The notes: generated by a model from the sequence alone, not told the origin. DNA of 64,000 nt from an uncultured Actinomycetota bacterium (GCA_963698945.1 CAVOST010000007.1:95362-159361), one strand, 5' to 3'. Counted from the first letter of the stretch, positions 41,853 through 53,689 are shown. Numbers and translations are program-made.

Positions 41853-43129
41853 TCACTTCTTCACCCGGGTCGTCTTGGTGGAGGCGGTGTCGAGCGCCAT
41901 CTCGTCGAGCTTGTCGACACTGCGCCGGAGTCGCACGGTACCGGCGTCGGCGTCGTCGATGTCCACGATCTTGCGGAGCCGGGTCGTCGCCTCCTCGTTT
42001 CCGGTCTCCGCGGCCAGCTGCACGGCCCGGCCCAGCTTGGTGGTCGCAGTCGCGGTGTCGCCCGAGGCCTTGGCGGCCAGGCCATCCTGGATCGCCTCGG
42101 CCAGCTCGGCCTGCCCGGTGTAGTGGGCGACGGCGGGGTCGATGCGGGTCGTCAGGGTGTCGTCGTTGGACCACATGGCCTTGACGAGTCCCTGCGCCAC
42201 GACGTCGTCGCCGAGGGTGAGCTGGACCCGGGCCGCGAGCTGCTCCTGGCCGATCGCCTTGGCCGCCAGGCGTACGGCGACGTGGTAGTCGCGGGCCTCG
42301 TCGGCCCACGAGCCCGTCGGGTACGCCGACGTCAGCGCGTTGACCTCGGTGCGTCGGGCGGTGAGGTCGTCGACGGTGGGGGAGACCTGGCGGACGAAGA
42401 GGATCTCGGCCCCCTGGGGCGCCCACACCCGCAGCCACGCCTCGGCCACTCCGCGAGACATCGACTCGCGCATGATGCGCTGGAAGTCGGCGGCCATCTG
42501 CCTCGGGCGCTGCGATCAGGTCGACGGTCCCGAGCAGGGCGGTGGCGATCCGGCGCACCTCGGCGACCTGCCAGTCGGCGCCGACACCTCGGCAGTCGCA
42601 CTGGAACTGGCCCTGCGCGGCCTGGATGGCCGCCGTCAGCTGCTCGGGCGTCTCGTGCTGGTTGATGCCGTCGGTCAGCAGGATGGCGTGCTTCTGCGCG
42701 AGGCCGGGGACCGAGGCGAAGACGGACGTCGCCAGTCGCAACCAGGTGCCCATGGCGGTGCCGCCGTCGGGCCTGAGCAGGGCGATCGCCGCCTTGGCGG
42801 CCCTTCGTTGCTCGGCGTCCATCAGGACCATGCCGGCGCCTGACGCCGGGTAGAGCAGGCGGGCCTCGTGGCTGCCCGCGATGACGGCGACCCAGACGCC
42901 GTCGTGCACCTCGTCGAGGGCCGCCACCGCGGCCCGCCGCGCCGCGGCGATCTTGTCGGCGCCCATCGAGCCCGAGCTGTCGACGATCACGATCTCGCCC
43001 GGCGGCGCCCTCGCCGGAGCTGCCGGCCGTCCCGGCGTCGGCGCAGGTGACGGTGACGATCGCGTGCACGTCGCTGCCGCCCTCGGGGAGGAACTCGTTC
43101 TGGTAGACCTCAGCTGAGAACGTGGCCAT
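41853..43129 (-). CDS. VWA domain protein (frameshifts ~43010, ~42500)
   Basis: 'MATFSAEVYQNEFL', MIDAS 'DSSGS', 'GGTAMG', 'LTDG', 'RGVGADW'. Confidence 0.85.
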
Positions 43130-44307
43130 CGGGGTTGCCTTCCTGTCGTTGCGGCGTGATGCGCTGCGGTCGTGGCGTCGGGCGGCGGGGTGGTGGCGCC
43201 CCGGGTGTCGATCCGGGCGTCGATCCGGGCGAGCGCCACGGTGATGTTGTCGACACCGCCCTGGGCGTTGGCCCAGTCCACCAGCGCGCCGGCGAGAGGG
43301 AGCGGGTCTGCGGCACCGGCGGCCGAGCTCGTCCACCAGGGCGGCCAGGTCGGTCGGCTCCGAGCAGTAGTTCCACAGCCCGTCGGAGCAGACGAGCACC
43401 CAGCCCGGCCCGTCGAGGTCGAGCGAGGCGGTCTGCGGCTGGTGGTCGGGGGCGTCGCTCCCCAGCCACCGGGTGATCGCGTGTGCCTGGGGCCCGCTCT
43501 CGGCCTCGGCCCGCGGCACTCCCTGGGCGATCTGTTCGGCGGCGTACGAGTCGTCGACGCTGAGGAGGCGGGGCTCGCCCGACGTCTGGCAGCCAGTAGG
43601 CACGGCTGTCGCCGACCCAGCCCACGACGAGGAGGGAGGCGTCGACGACGGCCGCGACGAAGGTGCACGACGCGGGGTTGCCGGGACCGACGACGGTGTG
43701 CGCGATGACGGCGTCGTTGGCGGCATCGACGGCAGCCTCGAGCGCCTTGGCCGTGGCGGCGACGTGTGCGGCCGCCGTCCCGATGCCAGTGGGAGACGAG
43801 CCGGCGAGGACGTCGCGCGCGGCCCGGGCTGCCGCGAGGCTGGCGACGTCGGAGTCCTTCGAGGTCGAGACGCCGTCGCAGACGACGAGCACCGCGTGGC
43901 TCCCCGGCTCGGCCCTGGCCTCGAGTGCCACCGCGTCCTCGTTGCGCGAGTGTCGGACACCGCGGTCGCAGACGGCAGCCACCCAGGCGGCCGGCTGCTC
44001 GGTGAAGTGGTCACGCAGGCTGCGCGCCTTGGCGCCGCACTCGGTGCAGTAGCCGTCGGCGGCCACCGCGCCTCCGCACTCGTGGCACCGGGTCTCCTGA
44101 CCGGTGACGTCCGCGTCGTCGTCGGTCGGGCGCCCGGGAGGAGGCTCGGGCGAAGCCTGGGGGGCGGGCTCGGGCGAGGGCGCGGCCGAGCGTGGCGGGG
44201 TGCAGCGTCGCCCCGCAGGCCTCGCAGAACTGCTCGCTGGGCCCGACAGGCTCGTCGCACGTGGGGCACCGCGTGCTCACGGCTCCGGTCGTGCTCGGCT
44301 GCGTCAT
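43110..44307 (-). CDS. PP2C-family phosphatase with N-terminal double zinc ribbon (frameshifts)
   Basis: 'CPTC..FCEACG', 'CHEC..GYCTECG'; 'RNEDA', 'VCDGV', 'VGDSRAY', 'CSDGLWN', 'DNIT'. Confidence 0.85.
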
Positions 44308-46660
44308 CGCAGCGTCCATCGGCGTACGGCGTTGGCCCGGTCGACCAGGTCGACACGCTCCTCGCGGGTGGGGGCGTACTGCGCGAGGTCGCGGTAGGCA
44401 GCCTCGAGCCCGTCGCGGAGGTTGGGCTCCGAGGCCTCGTGCCCGGCGAAGGAGACCGTGCGATCCACTCCCTGCTTCTCGACGATCGAGAGCGCGGACT
44501 GGAGCACCTCGACCCGGAACCTGGAGCGGTCGACGGGATCGATGGTGAGGTTGTCGAGGCTCTGCAGCGCCGATGCCAGCGAGGCCAGCCCGCCGCCGGA
44601 CTCGGCCAGCAGGGTCGCGCGCCTGCGTCGGGCCGAGGTGAAGGCGCGGCTGGTGCCGGGCACGAGCTCGAGCGCGCTGATGGCGCCGGTGACGTCGCCG
44701 CGGGCCGACCGGATGCGGGCGAGACCGAAGGCCGCGGGCGCGATGTAGGCCGCGTCGGTGCGGGCGCAGGTGACGTAGAGCGACTCCGCGACGTCGCCCT
44801 CACCGCTGATCTCGCAGGCGACCGCGAGGGCCAGCTTGGGCGCGAGCTCGCCCGGGACCTGGCCGTAGACCGCGTTGAACGCACTCTGCGCGTCCGCAGT
44901 CCTGCCGCGGGACAGCGCGACGAGGCCGGACATCCACGCGGCCCGCCACTCCCAGGGGTCGTCGGCCAGCAACGCCTGGGCGGCCTGGTCCGCCTGCTCG
45001 TGGTCACCTGACTCCAGGGCTGCGCGGGACCTCGCCAGCAGCACCTCGGGGCTCACCTCGGGGGCACCCTCGAGGGCGTGCAGCCGCTGGGCGGGGTCCT
45101 CGATGCTCAACGTCCGCAGCCAGGGCGCCTGCGTGTCGCTCTCGTCGACCCGCAGCGACGGCAGGTCCTGCCAGTCGAAGACGTCCTCGGAGACCGCCGG
45201 CGACCCGAACAGCAGTGACGAGGCGGAGTGCTCGGCAGCGTCGCGACCCAGTGCGACGACCTCGCGGAGCACGCCGAGCAGCTGCACGCGCAGCTCGTCG
45301 GCGGAGACGAACCGGTCGGCCGGGTCGGGGGCGCAGGCCTTGAGCAGCAACCGGTAGAAGGAGTCGTTCGCCTGGAACAGCGGTGTCTCCTCGATCGGCG
45401 GCAGCGAGGCGACGTAGGTGCTCTGGTAGCCACGGAACTCCATGGCGAGGACGGTCAGGGTCCGCCCGATCGTGTAGATGTCCGAGGCCACCGACGGCCC
45501 GACCATCGGCACCTCCGGCGCCTGGTAGCCCGTCGTCCCGTAGATCGCCGAGTCGAGGTCGTCGAGGCGGCGCACGCCCCCGAGGTCGATGAGCTTGACC
45601 GCGTCGCCGACCTGGATGATGTTGTCCGGCTTGAAGTCGCAGTAGACCAGGTCGAGGTCGTGGAGGTACTGGAAGGCCGGCAGCACCTCGACGAGGAAGG
45701 CGATCGCCTGGTCGACGGGCAACGGGTCGTACTTGCCCCCGGCTGCCTGCATCCGCTGCTTCAGCAGCTGCTTGAGCGAGGTGCCCCCGACGTACTCCAT
45801 CACGATGTAGCCGGCGCCCTCGTGCGTCACGAAGTTGTAGATCTCGACGATCAGCGGATGCTCCACCTGCGCCAGGAACTGGCGCTCCGCGATGGCGGCC
45901 GCGAGGGCATCGGGGTCGCCGGAGTTCAGCAGCCCCTTCAGCACCACCCAGCGGTCGGAGACGTTGCGGTCGCGCGCGACGTAGATCCAGCCGAGACCGC
46001 CGTGGGCGATGGCACCGGCGACCTCGTACTGGCCGCCCACGAGGTCACCCGCCTGCAGCTTCGGTGCGAACGAGAACGGCGTCCGGCACTTGGGGCAGAA
46101 CCCCTCGGTGCGACCCGGCTGGCCGTCACGTGCGCGGCCCACCGGCGCCCCGCAGTTGGGGCAGGTGCGTCGGTCCTCGGGGACCATCGGGTTCTCGAGG
46201 ATGGCCTTGCCGGCGTCCACGGCCGGGACCGCCGGGATCGACGTCAGGCCGGCGCCCAGCCGGGCGCCGCGCAGCCTGGTCGACGACGTGCCGAGGCGTC
46301 GGGTGACCTTGGTGCCACCGGCAGCGGCGCGCGCGGAGCCGAGCGCCGTCGAGGCGAGCCTGTTGGAGGCGCGGGAGACGGTCGACGGCGCACTGCCCGA
46401 CACCGGCCGGTGCGGCGGCCGGCGCACTGGTGCTGACCGCAGCGGCAGCGGGGGTGCCGCAGACGTCGCAGTACCCGTCGACGATGGTGCCGCCGCAGCC
46501 GGGCTGCCCGCAGGGCCCGCCGGCCGCCCCGATGCTCGGGGGCGGAGCGGTCGCCGGCTGTCGCTGCCGGGGCGGCGGCGGCCGGCGATCCGCAGACGTC
46601 GCAGTACCCGTCGAGGATCGAGCCCGTGCAGCCGGGCTGGGTGCACGCAGCGGCCGTCAT
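44304..46660 (-). CDS. pknG: PknG-like Ser/Thr kinase (zinc ribbons, rubredoxin-like CxxC pair, kinase, TPR; 5' frameshifts)
   Basis: 'IAHGGLGWIY', 'VVLKGLL', 'YCDFKPDN', 'LIDLGG', 'PGELAPKLA', 'LVDRANAVR'. Confidence 0.85.
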
Positions 46661-47848
46661 GGTCTGCCTCCCGGGGGCCGTCTGGCTGCTGCGCCTCGCG
46701 GCTGGCCAGGTAGCCCTGGTACGCCGCGAGCAGGGCGCGGGCGCGCGCGAGGTCGGCGGGCGAGGTGTCGAGGACCTCGGTCGCGCGGCGCTCCAGGTCC
46801 TGGAGGTCCTCCCCGGCGGCGCCCACGGCGGCGGCCTTGGCGGCGTACCCCTCCAGCCGGCCGCGCAGCTCGTCGCGCTCGCCGAGGGCGGCGGCGTACG
46901 CCTCCTGCGCCACGGTCATGGCGCGTCCGACTGCGTCGAGCCTGGCCAGGTAGGCGTCCACGGCTCCGGGCCCGTGGGGGACCGGGCCGAGGACGGTGAC
47001 GTCGGGCACCGCGAACCGGGGCGCCGGCGCGACCTCCGCGACGCAGCGCGTCGCCAGGTCGCGGAGCGCCGCGCCGCGGGCGAGCAGCTCGTCGCGGAGT
47101 GCCCGTGCCCTGGCTTCGTCGTGCGCATGGGCACGACGGGTGGAGGCAGCGACGATCAGGTCGCGCTCGCCCCGGGCGACGTCGTGCTCCAGCGGGCCGA
47201 GCAACCCCTCGACCGTTGCTCCGCGCTTCGCCCGGGCGGTCGCGTCGGTGACACGGGCGTCCAGCTTGGAGAGCAGGATCGTTTGCGGCGTCGTGGCTGG
47301 CGGCCGGCTCCCGCTCGACGAGGTCGCGCACCCGCTCCACACCGGCCCGGAGCTGGCGAAGACGGGCCGTGGTGTCCGCCTCCGACGCGTCGATGCCGAG
47401 GCGGGCGCGCAGGGAGGCGGCCAGCGCGTCCGAGAGCCGGCAGGCCTCGGGCAGCGAGACCGCGAGGGCCCCGACGGACTGGAGCCTGGCTGCGTCGGGT
47501 GCGCTGCCGGGGAGCTGCCGGGTGGCGTCCAGCCGACCCCACACCAGCGTGCTGAGCCGTTCGAGCTCGTTCTGGCCGACGCGACCGGAGTCCCAGGTGA
47601 CCAGGAGCAGGTCGAGCCGGTCGGCGGCCGCCTTCCACAGCGCCATCGACAGGAGCAGGTCGTCGGTGAGGGCGGAGGTGTCGGAGGCCTCCAACACGGC
47701 CTGGTCGAGCTGGTCGAGCTCGGCCTTGCGCCGGTCGCGCCAGCTGGTGAGCGCCTCGAGGTACCGCAACGCCTCGTCGGCGGCCATCGCCCGGCCGAGA
47801 CGACCGGGCGCGATCGGTGCGCTCGTCGTCGGCGGCGGCGGCGATCAC
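46657..47848 (-). CDS. Conserved hypothetical helical/coiled-coil protein (frameshifts)
   Basis: High-GC3 frames 'EALRYLEALTSWRDRRKAELD...' and '...ERDELRGRLEGYAAKA'; overlaps both neighbours. Confidence 0.7.
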
Positions 47849-48864
47849 GGCGTCCGCCCGTACACGGCGTCCGGCGGAGCCGGGGCAGGGCCCAGCGCGT
47901 CGGCCAGCCACTTCTTGTAGCTGCCGGCCCACCGCCCGTCACCCTTCGTGTTCTCGACGACCCGGTTGACGAACCTGACGAAGTCCACGTTCTTCTGGTT
48001 GATCCCGAGTCCGTAGGGCTCCGCGGTGAACGCAGGTGCCTGCACCACCTCGGCGTACGGGTCCTGGGCGGCGAGCCCGGCCAGCACCGTGTCGTCGCCG
48101 GTGATCGCATCGACCTTGCCCTCCTGGAACAGCACCAGGCAGCCGGTGTGCGCGTCGGCGCCGACCGCCTCGACGTCCTTGAAGGTCCGCAGCTTGTCCA
48201 TGCTCGTCGAGCCGTTGGGGGCGCAGACCTTCTTGCCCTTCAGGTCCTTCATCCCGGTGATGGGGCCGCCGGTCGGCGGTCTTCTCGCCGAGACGCACCA
48301 GGACCTTCTGGCCGGAGCGGTAGTACTCCCCGGAGAAGGCGATGAGCTTCCACCGGGCGCAGTTGATCGTCATGTTGCGGGCGACGATGTCGACGCTGCC
48401 GTCCTGCAGCACGGGAGCGCGCTGCGGCGGCGGTGATCACCCGGAGCTCGATCCGGTCGGGGTCGCCGAAGATCGCGTCCGAGATGGCGTGCAGCATGTC
48501 GATGTCGAAGCCCTCGATCTTGCCCGAGATCGGGTTGCGGGCCCCCAGGAGCAGGGTGTCGGCCGAGACTCCGGCGATCAGCCGACCGCGCTTCTGGATC
48601 TTCGCCATGGTAGGATCCCGCGGGCATCTCGCGGGGAGCGGGCAGCGTCTGGTCGGGGGCGTAGGACCGCAGGCAGTTGGCGGTCGTGATGTCGGAGCCG
48701 CCGGGCGCGGCCGGGGCCGCCGGGGCGCTGCTCGCGGACGGTGAGGGCGAGGGGCTCTGGGTGGGAACGGGCGTGGCCGCGTAGTCACCCGCCGACGAGC
48801 AGGCGCCCAGCAGCGAGGCCGTCGCCACCATGGCGAGGACGACCGGTGCCAGGTGCCTGCGCAT
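47845..48864 (-). CDS. GlnH-like glutamate/glutamine-binding lipoprotein (frameshifts)
   Basis: Lipobox 'LLGAC'; 'IEGFDID', 'MTINCAR', 'CLVLFQEGKVDAITGDDTVLAGLAAQDP', 'EPYG'. Confidence 0.85.
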
Positions 48865-50240
48865 CACCGGTACTCCTCCAGCCGCTGCGCGACGCCCCAC
48901 CAGGCGAGCAGGCCCGCGATGATCCCGGCGAGCAGGCCGAGGACCGCGGCGAGCGGCAGCCAGCCGCCGGCCTGGTCGAGGTCGGTCGCCGTGTCCTTGC
49001 CGAGCGACGAGAGCTGGGCTCCCGAGCTCTCGTCGAAGTCGGCGAACGTGACGTTGCCCGACCCGGACGTCGTGGACGTCGCCAGCGCGACGGCGCGCTC
49101 CCAGTTCCCGCTGTCGTCGAGCGCGCGGATCTTCTCGTGCACGGTCGCGTAGGGCGTCCCACGGCAGCGGATCGAGGCCGTCGGCCGCCGAGTTCTGCCC
49201 GAGGTCGTGCGAGCTGGCGCTGCACGACGTCGTCCGATGCCTTCCAGGCGTCCTCGAAGGCCGCGCCCGAACCGCGGGCGATCAGCGTCAGGCTCTCGTT
49301 GGACTTGGCGTCGAAGCCGGCGATCCGCGCCTGCGCCGTGGACAGGGTCGCCGCGTAGACGCCGTCCTGCACGGTCGTCGACCCGGTTGCCGACGCCGAA
49401 CAGGCCGATGGCACCGACCACCAGGGCCACGAACACGATCACGGCTGCTGCGGCGAGCGGCACGTTCACGTAGCGCCGCGTCCGGCGCGCGAGCCAGACC
49501 AGGGCCAGGCCGAGGACCAGGAGGGTGAGCACGCCCGCGCACGACCAGCCAGAGGGCAGCGTTCCCGGCGTTGTCGAACTCCTCGGCGGCGCGCGCGTTG
49601 TTGGCGTCCACCAGGTTCTTGAGCGGAGGCAGGGCCTCGGCGCGGAGCTCGGCGCTGGCGTCCTTGAGGTACTGGGAGCCGATCGGGAGTGCCTGGCGGT
49701 TGTTGGCCCGCGCCTGCTCGATCGTGCTCGCGTAGGTGACCAGGGCCTCGTTCAGCGCGCCCAGCGCCTCGCCCGTCGGCCGGCTGGCTCTTGGCGGCCT
49801 CGGCGATCAGCTGCGAGGCCGAGGAGATGGAGTCGGTGTAGTCGGCACGCTGCTCCGCCGGCTCCAGACCGCCCACGAGGAACGCGTTCGTGGCGTCCGC
49901 GTCGGCCTGTACGACGTGGTTCTGGATCGCCTGCACCCGGATGAGCTGGTCGGTGTTCGCCTGCGCTCGTGCCAGGGCGCCGTCCGCCGCACGGAAGGAG
50001 TAGCCCGGCCACCAGGCCGAAGATCACGGCGGCGAGGACGGTGACGGCGGCGACCGCTCGCATCCGCCCGGGGGTGCCCTCGAAGCCGGAACGCATGGAC
50101 GCGGCCAGCGAGCGCAGCCGGGTGCCGACAGTCGCGGACGTGCCGGGTGCAGGCGCCGGGCCGGGTGCCGGCGCCGGGCCGGGTGCAGGCGTCGGCGCAG
50201 GCGCCGTGGCTCCCGCCGTACCGCTCCTGGTCACCGTCAC
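48864..50240 (-). CDS. GlnX-like membrane protein (multiple frameshifts)
   Basis: 'GTPGRMR', 'ADADATNAFL', 'ARANNRQA.P.G..YL', 'RRTRRYVNVPL', C-terminal 'QRLEEYR'. Confidence 0.75.
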
Positions 50241-51693
50241 GAGGCTCCTCCCGAACTCGGGCCGGGGGTGCCGGGCTCCGTCGAGGCATCATCCCGACCG
50301 GAGGTCGACGGGGGAACCCCCTCGTCGATCGGATCCTCGTCGAAGTCGCGGGCGACGAGCTGGCGCAGCTCGTCGCGGGTGGGTGCGGCCGTGTCGCGCA
50401 GCCGCCAGGCCTGGTGCCCGATCGCCGACTCGAGGGCGTTGCGCGCGAACCGCCCGTTGCCGAAGGCCTCGCCCCGTGGGGTCCGCCCCAGCGTCTCGCG
50501 GAAACGCTCGACGGCCTCGGGCACGACCTCGTAGTCGGCGCCGTCCGCGAGCTGGAGCAGGATCGCGACGAGCTCGTCGTCGGTGTAGTCCTCGAACTCG
50601 ATCGTGGTGCGGAACCTGCTGGCCAGACCGGGGTTCGCGCTGATGAAGACCTTCATCGGTGCCGGGTAGCCGGCGACGATGACGACGAGGTCGTCGCGGC
50701 GGTCCTCCATCTCCTTGACCAGGGTGTCGACGGACTCCTGGCCGTACTGGTCGCCCAGCGGACTCGTCCCGGTCAGGCTGTAGGCCTCGTCGATGAACAG
50801 CACCCCGCCGGCGGCGGAGGCGACCACCTCGGCCGTCTTCGTGGCCGTCTGGCCGAGGTAGCCCGCCACCAGCTCGGAGCGGTCGACCTCGACGAGCAGA
50901 CCCCGGGAGAGCAGGCCCAGGGCGCGGTAGATCCCGCCGACCAGCCGGGCGACGGTCGTCTTGCCCGTGCCCGGGTTGCCGGTGAACACGAGGTGCCGGG
51001 TCAGCGTGGGACTGCGCAGCCCGGCCTCGCCGCGCAGCTTCTCGACCCGCAGGAGCGCGACCTGCCGGTGGATCTCGCGCTTGACCCGCTGGAGGCCGAT
51101 CAGGGCGTCGAGCTCTGCGAGCAGCTCGTCGAGGGTGCGTTCGTGCTGCTCCGGGGCGGGTGGCGCCTGCTCGGCCTGGGCCGCCGCGGTGGCGGTGCTC
51201 GCAGTCGCGTCAGCGGCGGGGGCAGGCGGCATCGCCTGGCATGGCTGGGGTCGACTGAGGGCGGTGGACGGCACCGAGCTGGGCGGCGGCCGCGACCGAG
51301 GCGTTGCCGATGACACGCATGGTGGGTTCGCCGAGCTGGCAGGCGGCCGAGGCCACCTCGGCGAGCAGGGTCGCGTACCTCTCGGCGTCGGGGGAGCCCT
51401 GGGCGGCCAGCGCGCCGAGCACGGCGGTGGGCGAGCCGCGCCACCGTCGTCCCCGGCTGGCGGCGTCGAAGAAGTCCTGGGTGGTGGCGCCGGGGCCGGC
51501 CGCCTCGGCCCAGTCGGCCGCTGCCCCGGGGGCCGACTCGGCGACCGCTGCGGCGAGGGTGAGTCGCCTCGTCGCGGGCGGCCTGCTGGTCCGCGCCGGC
51601 CGCTGCGGCCACCTTGGCGAGGGCCTCGACGGCGTCGCTCAGGGTCAGCGTCGAGGGCGGGTTCGAGGGCGGGCTCGGCTTGGGTGCGTCCAT
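50237..51693 (-). CDS. CbxX/SpoVK-type AAA+ ATPase with helical N-terminal domain (frameshifts)
   Basis: 'LDALIGLQRVK', 'GNPGTGKTTVAR', 'LFIDEAY', 'NPGLASRF', 'FGNGRFARN'. Confidence 0.85.
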
Positions 51694-52331
51694 CAGGCAT
51701 CACGGCCGGCGGGCGGCTGCAGGCGCAGGCCACCGGGGTCCTGACCCTCCGCGGCCCCCGCGCCGGTCCCGGGTCCTGGCGGTTTCGACGCGTCCGGCAT
51801 CGGTGGCAGCGGGGCCGAGCCGACGTTGAGGACGCCTCCGGTCGAGCCGGCTCCGAACTTCTCCTCGAGGAAGCGCCCGTGCGCCACCAGTGCGGCCGCG
51901 TCCTCCCGGCACACCGCGTCGAACACCTTGTCCATGGTGGCGGCCAGCAGGTCGAGCTGGTCGATGAGGAGCATCAGCGAGGACTTGCCCCGGTCGACCG
52001 GGCGGTTGTCCGCGAACTGGCGTGGCAGCCGCAGGTAGCCGCCCACCGCCTCCGGCAGGTAGTCCGTGGCGGTCGCCATGACGGAGTAGGCCTGCGGGCT
52101 GCCGGCGCCGAGGTTCTTCAGCCGGGGGATGGTGTCGCGTACGACGCGGTCGACCCGTCGTACGCGCGACGCGACGGGTGCCGGGACAGCGCCGGCCGAG
52201 ACCATCGTCTCGACGCGCGTCAGCGCCGCGAGCAGGTCGTCACTGGTCGGCACGCGTGACACGGCGGACGAGTCACTGCTCTCCGCTCGCTCAGGTCGGC
52301 CGAAGAGGCGGCCGAAGAACCCGCGTGCCAC
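51693..52331 (-). CDS. Hypothetical protein (partner of TelA; possibly XpaC-like)
   Basis: 'TDYLPEAVGGYLRLP', 'LVAHGRFLEEKF'; strong RBS; adjacent to TelA. Confidence 0.7.
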   Translation of the reverse strand: MARGFFGRLFGRPERAESSDSSAVSRVPTSDDLLAALTRVETMVSAGAVPAPVASRVRRVDRVVRDTIPRLKNLGAGSPQAYSVMATATDYLPEAVGGYLRLPRQFADNRPVDRGKSSLMLLIDQLDLLAATMDKVFDAVCREDAAALVAHGRFLEEKFGAGSTGGVLNVGSAPLPPMPDASKPPGPGTGAGAAEGQDPGGLRLQPPAGRDA

Positions 52332-52370
52332 GCGACCACTCTCCCCTCATGTCTGTGGACGGCCGGACGA

Positions 52371-53597
52371 CTACGGTGATCCGCCGAGGTCCAGCGACCC
52401 GTGTGCCACGCCCTGGTCCTGTCGCTCGACCCGCCCGAGGTACTCCCGGGACTTCGTCACCTCGGTCTCGAGCGTCCCGATGGTCGCGGCCATGTTGTCC
52501 AGGGCCTGCACCTTGAACGTGTCGATCGCGTCCATCGTGGCGTAGATGTTCTCGAAGGCGGCCTGCAGCTGGGGCAGTCCCACCGTGGCCGACGCGGCCT
52601 GCTCCTGGATCTGGGCCGAGTTGTCGCGCAGCATCTCGCTGGTGCGCTCGATCATCCCGGACGTGGTCGTGTTCAGCGCCGTGATCTGGTCGAGCACGAG
52701 CTTCTGGTTGCCGAGCGCCTGGGCCACGATCACGGCCGTGCGCAGCGCCGAGATGGTCGTGGTCGACGCGCGGTCGACACCCTTGACCAGCTCGATGTTG
52801 TTCTTGATGACGATGTCGATCGCCAGGTAGTTCTGGATGGAGACCGCGAGCTGGGTCAGCAGGTCCTGGTGCTTCTGCCGCACGTAGAACAGCACGTCCT
52901 CGCGCAGCGCCTTGGCCCGCTCCGGGTCGGTCGCGTCGAGGTCGGCGATGGCGGCCGCGAGGCGCGCGTCGAGGCGCTCGCTGACGTAGACGTACTGGTT
53001 CAGCCGGGCCATCGCCTCCCACAGCTGCTGCTTCTCGAGGTTGAGCGCCGCGTTGTCCTTGCCGAGCTCGTCCTGGCCCTCGCGCAGGGCGTGCAGGATG
53101 CCGTCGAGGTGCTTCTCAGCCGACTGGTACTTGCGGAAGTAGTCGGTCACCTTGTCCCTGAACGGGAGCATGTCCAGGAGCTTCTTGGCCCCCGTGGCCT
53201 CCTTGGGGTCGAGGTCCTCGATGGTCCTGCGGAGGTCGAGAAGGGTCGAGCCCACCTTGGACCCCTCGGAGAGACCGCCCTCCTGCAACGCCTTCACGGG
53301 CGACTTCAGGAGCCGGTTGGACGTCTCGGCAGCCCGACGGATGTCGGCGTCGCCCATCGTGCGCACGTCGGTGGCCTTGGACGCGAACTCCGGCGAGCGG
53401 GGTGCGGCCGTCATCAGGCTGGTGAGGAAGGTGTCCACCTTCGCGTCGAGGCCCGGCAGCGCAGCGGCCTCGACGGCGGGTGCCATCCGCGGCGCCGAGG
53501 TGGCGGCGACGGGCTCCGGTGCGGGTGGAGCCACCAGCTGCAGCGATGACGCGGTGGCCGCGGGTGGCTGCAGCGGCGCCGACTCGGCATCGGTCAT
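52371..53597 (-). CDS. Toxic anion resistance protein (TelA family)
   Basis: 'YFRKYQSA', 'L.KDNAAL', 'RQKHQDLLTQ', 'NNIELVKGVDRA..TT..AL'. Confidence 0.88.
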   Translation of the reverse strand: MTDAESAPLQPPAATASSLQLVAPPAPEPVAATSAPRMAPAVEAAALPGLDAKVDTFLTSLMTAAPRSPEFASKATDVRTMGDADIRRAAETSNRLLKSPVKALQEGGLSEGSKVGSTLLDLRRTIEDLDPKEATGAKKLLDMLPFRDKVTDYFRKYQSAEKHLDGILHALREGQDELGKDNAALNLEKQQLWEAMARLNQYVYVSERLDARLAAAIADLDATDPERAKALREDVLFYVRQKHQDLLTQLAVSIQNYLAIDIVIKNNIELVKGVDRASTTTISALRTAVIVAQALGNQKLVLDQITALNTTTSGMIERTSEMLRDNSAQIQEQAASATVGLPQLQAAFENIYATMDAIDTFKVQALDNMAATIGTLETEVTKSREYLGRVERQDQGVAHGSLDLGGSP

Positions 53598-53689
53598 GAT
53601 CGGTCTCCCTCGAAGGCTGTGAGCGTTCTGGCACGCAGGTGGTGGCGGCAAATCTACGCGCCTCGCGCCGCCACGAGCCGCGGAAAGGA

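Noticed and set aside
50140-50210. Short GC-rich tandem repeats (PAPGPA)n
   Set aside because: Low-complexity Pro/Ala/Gly N-terminal linker of the GlnX-like protein.
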